Assembly (NCBI RefSeq): GCF_009914755.1
Contig: NC_060926.1
Source of the DNA: the human T2T-CHM13v2.0 reference genome, Homo sapiens
Strand: one strand, 5' to 3'
Length of the DNA: 64,000 nucleotides
The position numbers and the translations under genes were made by a program. Below are positions 1-16,620 of the stretch, piece by piece (the first letter of the stretch is position 1; each line of letters starts with the position of its first letter). The notes below the pieces were generated by a model. The model was not told the origin of the DNA, ran no database searches, and saw nothing but the letters and a program-made list of their open reading frames with translations.

Positions 1-1397
1 ACAAATAATAACAGGTAGGCATTTTCAGTCTAATTTTCTCATCCATTGAAGAGAGTTCCAAAACCTTCCTTTTACCAAAGTGTTTCTCCCTGATATTTAT
101 CTGATGTGAATGTAATAGGCTAATTAATGTAGGCACCTGAAGGAGATCTCAAGGGCCGAAAATATCTGACATGTCTGAGGCTCCTGCTGGCTGCCCTGCC
201 TGATAAGGATGCTAAGAGCATGTTAGCAACAAGCATCATTAGACATTCCTCACTTTGAGTCATTTTCATTCAGGCAGATGCAGAGGACCTTTCAGAAGGA
301 CAGACCACTGATTCCCTGTAATTTAAAGGAGAGAGCCACATTATACAGGTCTCTCATTTGAATTATATAAGACTCAGAGATAAGCATTTTCTCTCTGAGA
401 TAAGAGCAGAGGCCCATAATAGCCATAGAAGTATTTTCATGAAAGTGTTCTCATTTGCACACTTAGCAGCTGCTAGGAGAGACATGAGCAGCCGTCTGGG
501 GTCTAAAGTGAACCAGACTCCCAAGCTTAAAGGAAAGACTTGAAGGCAGAGCCACTGGGAAGGCTGGCCACTTATTAGACACCGACATTAGTTATGCTGT
601 TAATCTCCAGTCTTAGACCTATTGGTTCCAGGATCCTGCTGAGACCCGAATGAAGCAGGATGGGAACATTCTTAAGTATGCAATGCAAAAGGAAGAGTCA
701 CAAATGTGAATCATTTAGGGTGACAACTTTTTCCTACTTGAAAACCAGAGCAGCTGGCGGAAAGGAAATTATTTTGAAATGACATCAGATGTGTGAGGCC
801 ATCCGACCCAGGAGAAAAGTAGCTTCCTCACGTGTGCACCAGTCAGGATTTCAGTGTGTCTCCTGAGTACTCGGGTACAGAGTTCCTGAGAGACCCTGAG
901 GGTCCCAGTACCCAGCATCACAGCAGCATAGTTATGGAGAGGCCAAGTTATCCTCTTTCCTTTTCTTCCTTTTTTTCCTGTCTGCCCTCTAGTAGGAAAA
1001 GAACAGAGTTGACCCCTGACAAAATATAAAGAACAAGTGTGGGTACTGAAGGTGAGAAGAGCCTGCGAAAATATTGGCTAGGAGGCACCAATCAGAGATG
1101 GGTCCCCAGGAAATAATATGAAATGGACAAAAAGCAAGGAGAACTGGGGCATGGAGAGGAACTGAGTCCATGCACAGTATGGAAGAACACAAAGTGGGGA
1201 AGCCGAAGTCAGTCTTGATGTGCCAAGGGCAAGAGCAAGCAGGGACCCAAGAGCAAAGCATGGGGTGCAAACTAGAAATAACAGAAATAGATGCAAGAAA
1301 CAACATGAGCAGAGGCAGAGAGAGAGACCTAGGCAATCAGAGAAACAGCAGGGAGGGCCAAGCCCCGTGTTCATGGAGACCTCATGCTGCTGTTCCC

Positions 1398-1457
1398 ATA
1401 CAGCATGTGAGAAGATAATACAAGATAATACAGCATGTGGGAAGATAATACAAGACA
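1398..1457. repeat. 30-bp tandem duplication (2 copies)
   Basis: atacagcatgtgagaagataatacaagata followed directly by atacagcatgtgggaagataatacaagaca. Confidence 0.9.
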
Positions 1458-1649
1458 AGCTCGGGTGACTGCATAGAAATATCTAAAATCCCTAAACAAT
1501 ATGAGTGGAAAAGGTTGGGATTAAGAAGAAAGTTTTTCATTAGTCTGAACATTCATTCAACAGCTAAGCATTTTATGTTTTTACAAGGTGCTCCAACTTT
1601 AATTATCCTATTTGATTCTCATAAACAAGGGTGTATGTGAGAAGACAAT

Positions 1650-1930
1650 TGTAATGGTTAATTTATGTGTCTACTTTCCTGGGTCACAAGTTGCCCAGAT
1701 ATTTGGTCAAACGCGTTTCTGTGAGGCTGTTTTTGCACGAGTAAAGGGGATTGGCTCCCTAGTGTAGGTGGGCCTTATCCCATCAGTTGAAGGCATGAAT
1801 AGTAAGTACAAAAAGCCAACCCTCCCCCAGATAAGAGGGAATTTCTCCTGCCTGACTGTTTTCAAACCGGGTTATTGGTTTTTTTCCTTCTTCAGACTTG
1901 AACTGAAGAATTGGCTTTCCTGGATGAGCT
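1650..1930 (+). mobile_element. MLT2-family ERVL LTR fragment
   Basis: Starts tgtaatggttaatttatgtgtc...gcccagatatttggtcaaac and contains gtgggccttatcccatcagttgaaggc, both typical of MLT2. Confidence 0.8.
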
Positions 1931-1932
1931 TA

Positions 1933-5124
<3,192 letters not shown>

Positions 5125-7425
5125 GTTTTTTTTTTTCAGCTTTATTGAGGTATAATTAACAAAAAAAACTGTATATATTCAAAGTGTATAACAGGATGTT
5201 TTGATATACACATATATTGTGCAATGGTTACCACAATTAAGCTAATTAACATACACATTACTTCACAGTCCTTTTTGTTTATGTATATGGTGTTAATACT
5301 TAAGATCAACTCTCTTAGCACATTCCAAGTATACAATAATTAACTATAGTCATAATGCTGTATATTAGCTCTCCAGAAACTTATTCATCTTATAACCAAA
5401 AGTTTGTACCCTTTGGGGCAAATCTCCCCATTTTCCCTAACCACCAAACCCTGGTAGCTACCCTTCTACTCTCTGTTTAAAGTTCTACTTTTTCAGATTC
5501 CACATGTAAGTGAGATCATGCAATATTTGTCTTTCTATGCCTGGCTTATTTTTCATAACATAATGTCCTCCAAGGTTCACCTGTATTATTGCAAATGACA
5601 AAAATTTGTTTTCTTTTTTGGGCTAAATAGTATTTTATATGTATATGGTATATGTGAGATACATATGTCTCACATTTTCTTTCTCCATTAATCCACTGAT
5701 AGACATGTAAGTTGTTTTTATGTATTGGCTATTGTGAATAATGCTGCAATAAACATGAGAGTGCAAATAGCTCTTCAACATACTGATTTTGTATGTTTTG
5801 CATATATACCCACTTGTGGAATTACTAGATCATATGGTTTTTCTATTTTTAATTTTTTGATGACTCTCCATGCTGTTTGTCATAATATCTGTAACAATTT
5901 ACATTCCCAACATTTAAGGGTTCCACATTCTCACCAGCACTTCTTATCTTTTGACTTTTTTCCACATTCTCACGAACACTTCTTATCTTTTGACTTTTTT
6001 ATAACAACCATCTTAACAGGAGTGAGCTTATATCTTGTTTTGGCTTTAATTTGCATTTCCCTGATGATTAGTGATGCTGAGCACCTTTTTGTATACCTGT
6101 TAGCCATTGCTGTAAAATGAAAATGTCTACTAAGGTCCTTTGACCATTTTAAAATCGAAGCCTTTTTTCAGGTGGGGGTTTTGGTTTGGGTTTTTTTTTT
6201 TTTTTTTTTTTTTCCTATTGAGTTGCATGAGTTCCTTATATATTTTGGATATTTACCCTTTATTGGGTATATGTTTGCAAATATTTTCTTTCATTTGGTT
6301 TGTTGCCTTTTTGCTTTGATTATTGTCTTTGCCATGCAGAAGTTTGTTTATTTGATGTAGTCCCACTTGTTTAGTTTTGCTTTTGGTGTGTGTTTTTCAT
6401 CATATTAAAAAAATCATTGCCAAGACCAATATCATGGAGCTTTTCCCCAGTTTTCTCATAGGAATTTTATAGTTTCAGATCTTATGTTCAAATCTTTAAT
6501 TCATTTTGAGTTGATTGTTATATATAGTATAAGATAAAGATCCAATTTCACTTTTTTGCAAATGGACATCCAGTTTTCCTAACACTTTATTGGAGATACT
6601 ATCCTTTCCCCCACTGTCTATTTTTGGAGACTTTGTAGACTATTAATTGACCATATATGTATGGGTTTATTTCTGGGCTCTCTATTCCATTTTTCTAAGT
6701 ATATGAGTTTATGCCAGTACCATACTGTTTTGACTACTACAGCTCTGCAATATAATTTAAAGTCAAGAAGTGTGATGCCTCTAGCTTTGTTCTTCTTGCT
6801 CAAGATTGCTTTAGCTATTCAGGATCTTTTGTGGTTCCATATGAATTTTAGGATTTTTAAAATCTATTTCTGTAAAAAATGCCATTGAAATTTTGACAGG
6901 GATTGCACTGAATCTGTAGATGACTTAGGGTAGTGTGGATATTTTGACACAATACTGATTTTTCTGATATCTTTCCATTTGTGTCAGCTTCTATTTCTTT
7001 CATCAGTGGTTGATAATTTTAAGTACACAGATCTTTCATCAGCTTGATTAAATTTATTACTAAGTATCTTATCTCTGTGATACTATATAAATAATATTGT
7101 TCTTTTAAATGTGTTTTTCAGATTTTGTATTGTTAATATCTAAAAATGCAACTTATTGATTTTTTTTATCCTGCAACTTAATTTGTTTATTAGTTCTAAC
7201 AGTTTTTTGGTAGTGTATTTAGGATTTTCTACAAATCGAATTATGTCAGCTGCAAACAGAGACCATTTTACTTCTTCCTTTCTGATTGGCATGGCTTTTA
7301 TTTCTATTTCTTGCCTAATTGCTCTTACTAGGACTCCAGTACTATGTTGAATAGAAGTGATGAGAGTAGACATTCTTGTTATTGCTCTTAAAGGAAAAGC
7401 TTTCAACTTTTCACCATTGAGTATG
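5125..7425 (-). mobile_element. L1MA (L1MA9/L1MB1-like), 5'-truncated, nested in the older L1
   Basis: Poly-T then cagctttattgaggtataatt... 3' end; the minus-strand ORF 6618-6803 ([17 protein letters not shown]...KTVWYWHK) is L1 ORF2p. Confidence 0.92.
5921..5998. repeat. 39-bp tandem duplication inside the L1
   Basis: ttccacattctcac(cag/gaa)cacttcttatcttttgactttt present twice. Confidence 0.9.
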
Positions 7426-8358
7426 ATTCTATTTTTTCTCTTTAGTATTGTGTGGCTATTCTAGGCTTTTGCCTTTCTATATAAACTTTAGAAACCGCTT
7501 ATCAATATCCACAAAATAGCTTTATTGGACTTTGACTGAAATTGCCTTAAATCCATAGATCAAATTGGAAAGAATTCACATCTTAATAACATAGAGTCTT
7601 CTAATCTACAACCACAGAATATTAATTTAGATCTTCTTTTATTTCTCATCAGGGTTTATAGTTTTCTTCATATTTTGAACATATTTTGTTTTATAACTAT
7701 TTCTTCCTCTTTATTGGCACTAATGTAAATGATATTGTGTTTTGAAATTTCAAATTCCAGTTGTTCATTTTTGACATATAGGAAGTCAACTGACATTTGT
7801 TTATTAACCTTGTACCTTGTGACCTTTGCTATAATTGCTTATTCGTTCCAGGAGTATTTTGCTGCTGTTGTTGACTCTTTGGGGATTTTCTACGTAGACA
7901 GTAATGTCATCTATGAACAAAGACCATTTGATTTCTTCCTTCCCTATCTTTATGCATTTTATTTCCTTTTCTTGTTATATTACATTAGCTATGACTTCTG
8001 GTAGATGTTGAATTGAAGTGCTAACAGGGGACAACCTCTCCTTCTTCTCAATTTTAGTGTTAAAGCATCCAGTTTTTTACCACTATGTATGTTAGAAGTA
8101 GTTTTTTATCAAGTTGAGAAAGTTCCCCTCTATCTCTACTTTGCTGAAATTTCTTATCAAGAATGGGTGTTGGATTTTGTCAAGAGCTTTTGCGGGATCG
8201 ATTGATAAGAACATACGATTCTTCTTCTTTAGTCTGTTTATGTGGTAGATTAAAATAATTGATTCTTAATTTCGAATGTTGAACTTGCCTTGTGTGCCTG
8301 CCTGGAACAAATCCCAGTTGATTGTGACAATAATTATTTTTATACATGTTGGATTTGA
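7426..8358 (-). mobile_element. Old L1 ORF2 continuation (same element as 2270-5124)
   Basis: Sequence resumes L1 ORF2 at the point interrupted near 5120 (tagtatcagtcctc...|...tttagtattgtgtggctattctagg). Confidence 0.82.
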
Positions 8359-8479
8359 GATTCTATGGCTTTTTCAACAGATCAGATAATAGTGACTAGT
8401 CTCATTCTTCCAGGTATTAGAATGTTCAGGTCAGTATTATTTAAAACTTTTTTTTCTTTTAGTATTACAATATTAAAAC

Positions 8480-9150
8480 TTCAATTGTTCATTGTATCAG
8501 AAACTTCTTATCTCCCCAGTTTGTACCTGCCCCAGACTTAGAAGTCAGCAGTAGGGAGGAGAGGATTGGTAAGAAATGTTGTATTCTCCCCATCATTTCC
8601 TTCCTTACCCAGTAGCTGAAATTTGTAGCCACTCCTAGGTTGGACTGGGGGAGGGAGAAAAGGAAGAAAGTACAGTTTACATGGCTGAGGCAGTTGTGAT
8701 GGGCCTGGAGATTTCTGGATATTTCACATTGAGCAATTGCTGATTCTTTCCCTAACGAGGCATTTCGAGGGTTCTCCAGAGAGCAAATTCCCTGCTAGGA
8801 GGTCTCATACCTGCAGGTCCCTTGCTATGGATTATATCTCCTCTGACAATCCACTTCTGATGCCCCCTCAGTCCCTGGGTCCCTGTGGTCCTTCCTCCCC
8901 TTGGGGTTGCCTCATTCCTCCCCATGGTCCCCTTGGGTAGGATCCTTTTTCAGGAGACTGCTGTGCTTCTCACCTAATTGGTCCACACCAGACCTGCAGG
9001 GAACATGTCTGTACACATCCTTGCCCCACCAAACTGCAGGGTGTTTCCAATGCAAACTTGACTTTCACTTAAGGGATGCAAGTGTAAGTTTTATCAGGTA
9101 TAATTTAGGTATCTTTTCTTATATCCCCTGATTTCAAGGGGAATACGAAA
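8480..9150 (-). mobile_element. Possible ancient Gypsy-like LTR (MamGypLTR/LTR85 group)
   Basis: Loose recalled resemblance only (ggttggactgggggagggagaaaagg; gcatttcgagggttctcc). Confidence 0.3.
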
Positions 9151-10589
9151 AGTTTTCCAAGCAGCTTTTTAAAGTTTGACTTAAGGTGAGGCAAAGCCTT
9201 TTACCCCACCTCATCTACTTTCAGTCAAGATCTGGGGTCTGCAGAAGGCATGCTGATGACTCTCTCATCATGAATTCCTAGCTCCCCCTTGCATGGCTTA
9301 GAGGTGTGTGATGAGCTAATGAAGGCAAATCCTTCTGTCATCATCTCCATTAAGTGAGTATCTCCTATCCCCAAACTGACACTCTCCAAACCTCAGAAGT
9401 AGGGGGTGGAGGAAAGACAATGAGAATCCAGAAATAGATGCTACAGGGCAGAGATGGTTTTTCCCTAAGGAAAGTGAATATTCCTACCATCGATCTTTCT
9501 AAAAAGAAGTCAGTTCTGTGGCAGGAAATGAAGAGTCCTAAAGTGGGACTTAGACTGGGGAAAGGGGAAAACTTTGCTCTCTGGGCTTCAGGGCTGTTAA
9601 GACTGGAACTTTACAGTGCAGACACCACAGAGGATATTAGGAAGGCCAGCAGCTGGGCCAAGGAGGGCCTTGCTCACCTGTGGAAAAGACGGTCTCTGTT
9701 TATAGACCCTCCAAGAGGGACCTCATCTGCTAAGAGCTCCTAGTGATGACTGAGTTGATGACCATTCTAAATACTGTATCTAAGCCTCCAATTATCAAAA
9801 ATAACCTGACCTTGGCTGTGTGGTGGGGAAGCCAGGGAAAGAGCTACCCTTTGCTTGGAAAAAGATGGTAGCAAGGAAAGCAATAACCCCTCTCTGCCCA
9901 CTGCCCCGTCATCTCAGGCCAGATGGGTGGTGGTAGCAGGAGGCACTGTGGAGGCAGCAGCAGCAAAGGCATGGCTGGGCAGCCCAAGAGGGGCCACAGC
10001 TGGGGACACAGCAGGCAGCAAGCTGCTTCTGAGGTCTCATGAGACAAGGCTGGGAAGGATTCTCAGGAATCACCCACAAAGGTGTGGCTGGCACGGAATC
10101 TTCTTCTGCATATAACTAATGGAAATGTGACCTCGTTTATGAGCAAATGTGGACCTACTAGTTACAGGAATAGAGGAGTCAGAAACTTTAGGCCAGAGTC
10201 AAGGACATAGTAAAAAACGATGTGGACTAGATTAAGTTTGGGATTTCCCCAGGGAAATCATTATCAACTTCTGTCTACCTTTTCTATGGTGATTAGCAGT
10301 AAAGCTCTAAAAGAAAAAACAGCTTCTGCAGTGGTCTTTGGTGTGGCAATAAAAGGGAAAGGGAAAATTGAGGAGAGAGCATACCGGTATTCATCAGTTT
10401 TGCAGAGAAAAAGAATTCCAAGGGGTAGAGGAAGCAGCAACTTCATCACAGAAGAAAGGAAAGTAGCTTCCCTTAAGGCAGAGAAGGAGAGTGTGAAGAG
10501 GGCCAGGGCCTGAGGAGACATCCTATATCCTCCAAATAGAAGCAAAAGTGAACACCCTCACTCCTCCTCCAAAATTCTGAGTTTTGCAA

Positions 10590-10775
10590 TCGAACACTTC
10601 AGAGTTAGTAACCTGCAGAGATTATTAGCTGTGTGGCTTTGGGTAGTTTCCCTCTGAGCCTCAGCTTCCTCATCTTTGAAATGCAGCTCACATTCTGTCT
10701 ACCTACCATTGGATTATTCCAGAATTAAATGAGATAAAATACCTAAAACACACAGAACAACATGCACACTAAGCA
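10590..10775 (+). mobile_element. MIR
   Basis: MIR core: gctgtgtggctttggg...ctctgagcctcagcttcctcatctttgaaatg...aattaaatgagataa. Confidence 0.8.
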
Positions 10776-10928
10776 AAAGGTAATTTTTAAAGAAAATCTT
10801 ATTCTATTCAGTATGCCCTGGAGATAACATTTATTTCCACACAGTGCATTAATCCATGCTATTAATGAAGATCCTGAGATATCAACAAAGAGTTAGAAGC
10901 TTTAAAGTTTGGCACTTAAAGGAGCCTG

Positions 10929-11550
<622 letters not shown>

Positions 11551-12074
11551 ACTACAACAGCAGTAACAAGAACACTTGTGTAGAATATCTCATTTGCCTA
11601 TAGTGGGGGATAGACTTAATGTGGCCTGATGAGTATTCTCATCAGACCATAATAAAAAATTGCCTGCAAGATTAAGAAACCCAAGAACCAAGTGTTTCCA
11701 GATTCTTCCCAGGTTTCCCTAACCCCCATTTGTTCAGTGAATTCAGAATCCAAAAAATAAAACAAGCCTCTTCTTCATCCCCATTTCTGTCACCTGCTCG
11801 ACTGTTTTGACGTTGATGAGCAATAATTCTATGTTTCTCATGTTCCTCTAAGTGCGATGAGTGGCTCTCATCCTTCAAACCAGGACAGAGCACCTGTGCC
11901 CACGGCAGGTGGGACTGTCATCTGCAGGAGCCCTGCGGCCTGGCAGTCACAGGCCTCCCTGCATCAGCGCAGCAGTCCCTCTGTCAGCATCCTTCTGCAT
12001 AGAAAAAGGATCATTGTAGGGAGAATTCATGAGCCACCAATTTGTCAATAGTCATGCCTTTGAAAGGAGGAGGG

Positions 12075-12240
12075 TGAGGGCGGGGAGAAGAAACACAAAT
12101 CCCATTTTTTAATCCGCTGGGGTTTGATGTCTGTTTCACTGCTAAGATTTTTGAGAGATAGAGAGTGCCTGAGAAAAATACTATTGCAGAGGGAGAAGAG
12201 CGCGATCGGTTTCCATAGCAACTTCGCAGATAAGAGCAAT
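12075..12240. promoter_or_regulatory. Candidate enhancer/promoter: GC box, RFX X-box and GATA site
   Basis: GGGCGGGG at ~12078, GTTTCCATAGCAAC at 12209-12222, AGATAAG at ~12228, several retained CpGs in apparently unique DNA. Confidence 0.45.
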
Positions 12241-12519
12241 GGTTCTACCCAGTCTGGAGGGAGTATTAAGACTGAAATGGGCTCAAAATAAGCACTTTTA
12301 TGACTTTATCTTTTCCTTAAGTATTTAATTTTAATGTAACTTGCACTTGCTTGTTTCACATATTCTAACTCTTACCATGCGGAGTGATTCCCCATGATCA
12401 CCTGTTTTTGGGGACCTCATGAAATGCAAAACTACACTTCGATACCTAATATATTATACTCTACTAAAAGAGAGGAGCATAAAATTTGCAGCGTAAGTGT
12501 ATCTTAGGTAGTCTAGTCC

Positions 12520-12690
12520 CAAGAGTCAAAGTGACTTGCCTTGTCATTCTTGAATGAGTACTTGAAAGCTTAGTGTGCTCACTTCACCTACCTGAAAATG
12601 ACTCAGTTGATAACTTCCTATTTCATGGACCCGTTGTGAAGAATGAGACAAAGTATGTTAAAAAGATTTGTAAAGTACAAAACACTGCCA
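12520..12690 (+). mobile_element. MIR (degraded)
   Basis: Core remnants ...acttcacctacctgaaaatg...gttgtgaagaatgag...tttgtaaagtac. Confidence 0.55.
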
Positions 12691-14068
12691 ATCTAAAGAG
12701 CAGAAGTAGTGGTAACAAGAGCAGCATCAGTAGTAGTAACAGTAGCAATATAATTATTAATATTGGCAGAACCAGCATCTAGGTCTCCTGAGTTTACCAC
12801 TCATGCTGGTTTCTTTCTACCACTCCCCTCAATACTGAAGTCAAGTCCTCTTAATAAAACTTGAATGCCACAGAATCTACCCAACCAAAGACTTAGTTTA
12901 TCCCAGTTAGAACTGCTCAGGGGTCAGACAAAGTGACAAAGAGTAAAAGAATCAAAGTACAGTAAGGTACTGCCCACCTCCCCTGCCATTTACTGTTCTC
13001 AGAATCTTTTCTGTTGTTATCAGTACTTAGCTCTACTCAAAGAGTGCTTTAAACATGGCAGCTGCTATGACCCAAGGAACGCAAAACAGAATGGGAGTGG
13101 GGCGGAGGGAGAAAGCAAATAGGGACGAACAAGAAGTAGAGGCTGCATGTGCACAGCCAATGCTGAACACACAAATTTTATATTTAAAAATATATAATTT
13201 ATATATGTGCTATGTCTATAAATATATGTCTTTTGTTTTAGGTTTTTCCACTAGAATCCATACAATGTCGAACTTCAAAGTTATCACCATGGGAGGCTAT
13301 GGTCTGAGGCTTGAACATTTCAGTGTTGCTATTTTAAAACTGACTTCAGAACTAAAAATTAAATTATGTTTCTTTAGAATTTAAAACTGATAATGACCAA
13401 AATGGTTATCTCTCGTATTCCTCAAATCATTCACCAAATGTGGCCTTGAACTACTTTTGATTGTTTACAGAAATCACATTCTTCCTTAACATATGAAAAG
13501 TCACCATCACTGAAGATTAGTAGAAACATGTGCTCTGAACGCAGCTAATTCCTACAGGAGCTTGAAACTGCCCTGGGCAATAAGTATATTATGGGAATAA
13601 ATCCAAGTTGATTACTTTGAAGTACAGAAAGCTTATCTGGATGTAAAAGTCCCAGGATATTTGTGTTTAAAAATTAATTATACTACTTCATAGTAAGAAC
13701 TCCACTCATTCACTTATTCATCAATTTGTTCATTCAACAAGTAATTTCTCTCTACTTTACTGGAATATATAAATAAGACTTATCTTTATGCTAATGATTT
13801 TCAAAGTTTTATGTTCATTCTCAACTTCTCCTTATATTTTAGGTCAATATTTCTATCTGCCTCTGCAATCTCCACCTTGATGTTCCGTAGACACTTCAGA
13901 CTTTATATGTGAAACTTTACATATAGCCTCATCAACTTGGGGACAAAAAAGTTTCTTTTTTTCTTTTTTTGTTAATCAATGGAGTGTCAACCTGTTCTTA
14001 TCAATAGGAAGTCGAAGTGCTCCCCTCTCTAAAGACCAGCATTTACCATGATTCTTGGAGATCCCGAG

Positions 14069-14500
14069 TGTATTTGTTAGTTCTCACACTGCTGTAAAGA
14101 AATACTTGAGACTTATAAGTCTCAAGTATTATAAGACTTATATGAAACTTATAAGTCTCAACCACTTATAAGAAAAGAGGTTTAATTGGCTCAGGGTTCT
14201 GCAGGCTGCACAGGAATGATAGTGGCCTCAGGGAGCTTTTACTCAAGGCAGAAGGCAAAGCAGGAGCAGGCATCCCACATGGTGAAAACAGGAACAAGGA
14301 GGTGCCACACACTTTCAAATGACCAGATCTTGCAAGAACTCACTGACTATCATGGTAAAAGCACCAAGGGGATGTACTAAACCATTCATGAGAAATCCAC
14401 CTGCATGATGCAATCCCCTCTCACCAGGCCCCACCTCCAACACTGATAATAACAAATTGAACCCGAGATTTGAGTGGGGACGCATATCCCAACTATATTA
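14069..14500 (-). mobile_element. MSTA MaLR solo LTR
   Basis: tgtatt...ctcacactgctgtaaagaaatac...ggtttaattggctca...aggccccacctccaacact...aactatatta; 5-bp TSD ccgag/ctgag. Confidence 0.9.
14101..14130. repeat. Perfect 30-bp palindrome
   Basis: aatacttgagactta|taagtctcaagtatt. Confidence 0.97.
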
Positions 14501-16404
14501 CTGAGGCCTTTGTCAGACCCAAGGGATCAATGTGGCTTCCAAATGCCAAGTAGAAAGAACTTGAAGATTTAATTTGCCCACCCTCACCCTTGCTTATCTG
14601 ACACCCACAACACAAGTCAATCCCATCTAATTTGCAATCAAACCCACAGAATAAATGCTGATTCCACACAGGTCAGTGGTGATTTGCCTTGAGTCATGTT
14701 CTGGGACATCCTGATTGTGTGTTATGCACCAAAGTGGTGCTCTTGGCTTAAATTAGGGTTCCAGCCTGCCTTACCATGTCCTCCCATGTTCAACAAGTAG
14801 CTAAAACCAGAAAGCAGCCCAGCATGGCCTGCCAAAGTCTATTGGCCTCAGCCACTCTAGGCAGCCCAGACCCCTCTCTCGTGGTGTTTCTCTCCAATGT
14901 GCTGTCACTGTGTCCTTCACCACCCTCTCCTTTGTATTGAAGGAGCATCTTTAAATGCTGCTAGTATGTCAGTGCTCTGACCTACACATTTCCTCACTGC
15001 ACTCAGAACTCAGGATTTTGAGCACTTGCTCCATAGCAGGCACAATCATTCTGATAAATAAAACTGAATCACTACCATCAAGAAACCTAGAGTTCAGAGG
15101 ATATGCTGATAACTTAAACAGAAAATAAACATGCTAGGCACTTCAGCAAAGAAGCTGCTGTGAAAGTGAGAGGAGGGACGTCTATGGTATTTCAACTACC
15201 TAAGAGTTTTCCTGAGGCCTGACTTTATTGCTCCTCTTTTGTTTCAAACCTTTAGGCTTGTGGTCTTTGAACAAAGCAATTGAGGAAAATGATCGGATAC
15301 ATCAGAGTCATTTCCTTAAACCAGCAAACTTGTAGGGATTCCTGTAGCATTCAGGAAAGGAAAACCATGCTGTGAGCTTGTTTTCCCCTTTCCTGGAGCC
15401 TTCCACATTCTCCTCCCTAGCTCCTTTCCTTTCCCTGTGAAATAATTTAATTGTATATGAGCAAAAATGGCTTGTCAAAACCTGGCACACATAGGGTTGA
15501 TAGCTCCTGTGGGGGATTTGACATGGGCAAAGGAGCTACTGGTTAGACAGAGAGAGTGGATTAAATTTCTGTACCCATAAGCATCTTTGCATCAGCAAAT
15601 TTTGAATTGTCAGCTGCCAGGTGGTAGAATGCTGGCTAACTGGGTGGAGGCAAACATCTGCAAAATGAACTTGATTCAAACGGACATGAGGTTGACACCA
15701 TTTTAGAAAAAAAAAGTATCACTTTAATTTTTTCTCTATATGCTGAACCTGCTTCTTTGGTCACATTCAAATTTTTAGAACAAGGGAAGCTCAGGCCTGA
15801 TACACATGCACAAATATATGCAGCCTCTCCCACAGCATCTTCAGAGATATCAGAAGATTGTATCCAACATCTTCAGGAAGGGGAGGAACACCAGCCCCAT
15901 TCACCAAGACGTGACAAGAGAAGCTCAGTACAAAACTACCATGTCCCGGGCCCTTACCATGGTTTGGGAAATATTGCAAGGATAAGGAAGGTGGTAGAAG
16001 ATGGACAATCAGATTGGAGAAGAGTAAAATCAAAGACGCATCATAATAAGGCAATGTAGGCGGCTGATCATGGCATGTCATTTAAGAGACAACTTGACAA
16101 GAAATACTGCTCATCAACTGGATGCTGCTGAAGAGGGTAAACGGGATTTTCGTTGCATTGGATTGACTTCCTCATTAGAAAATAAAGACATGTGTCTACA
16201 AAACTGCCAGTACAGAGAAATATATGATCCAATTGTTGGAACCGCTGCATTGCCATGGGTTGGAATATCAAATTACTTAGCTGGTCACCTTGCAAGACCT
16301 TGAAAAAGCAATGAAGCGTATAGAAAAGCTTCTGAGAAAGGGAGGTGACAGCTATGACCTAGAAAAGGGTACAAAAAGAGAGAGGTGATCCTGTGGGGTC
16401 AATT

Positions 16405-16620
16405 CTCATTCAGTCTCTTATTCATCCAACAAACATTTCCTGACGTCTTACCAGGTCCCAGGCACTACAGATGGGAATACAAAAATGAACCAAGCCCTCA
16501 ATGAAGGTACAAGCATAATTGCGTGTGCACGAAATGTGCAACTCTGTAAGGGAGAAAGCAGACCCATTAACATCCAGATGTATTGCAAATGTGAAAAGTG
16601 CCCTCACATGAGAATACACC
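16405..16620 (-). mobile_element. L2 3' end
   Basis: attcatccaacaaacatttcctgacgtcttaccaggtcccaggcact...atgaaccaagccctca. Confidence 0.75.

Noticed and set aside
5725-7406. ORFs with protein-like text (e.g. [15 protein letters not shown])
   Set aside because: Broken L1 ORF2 remnants with frameshifts and stops
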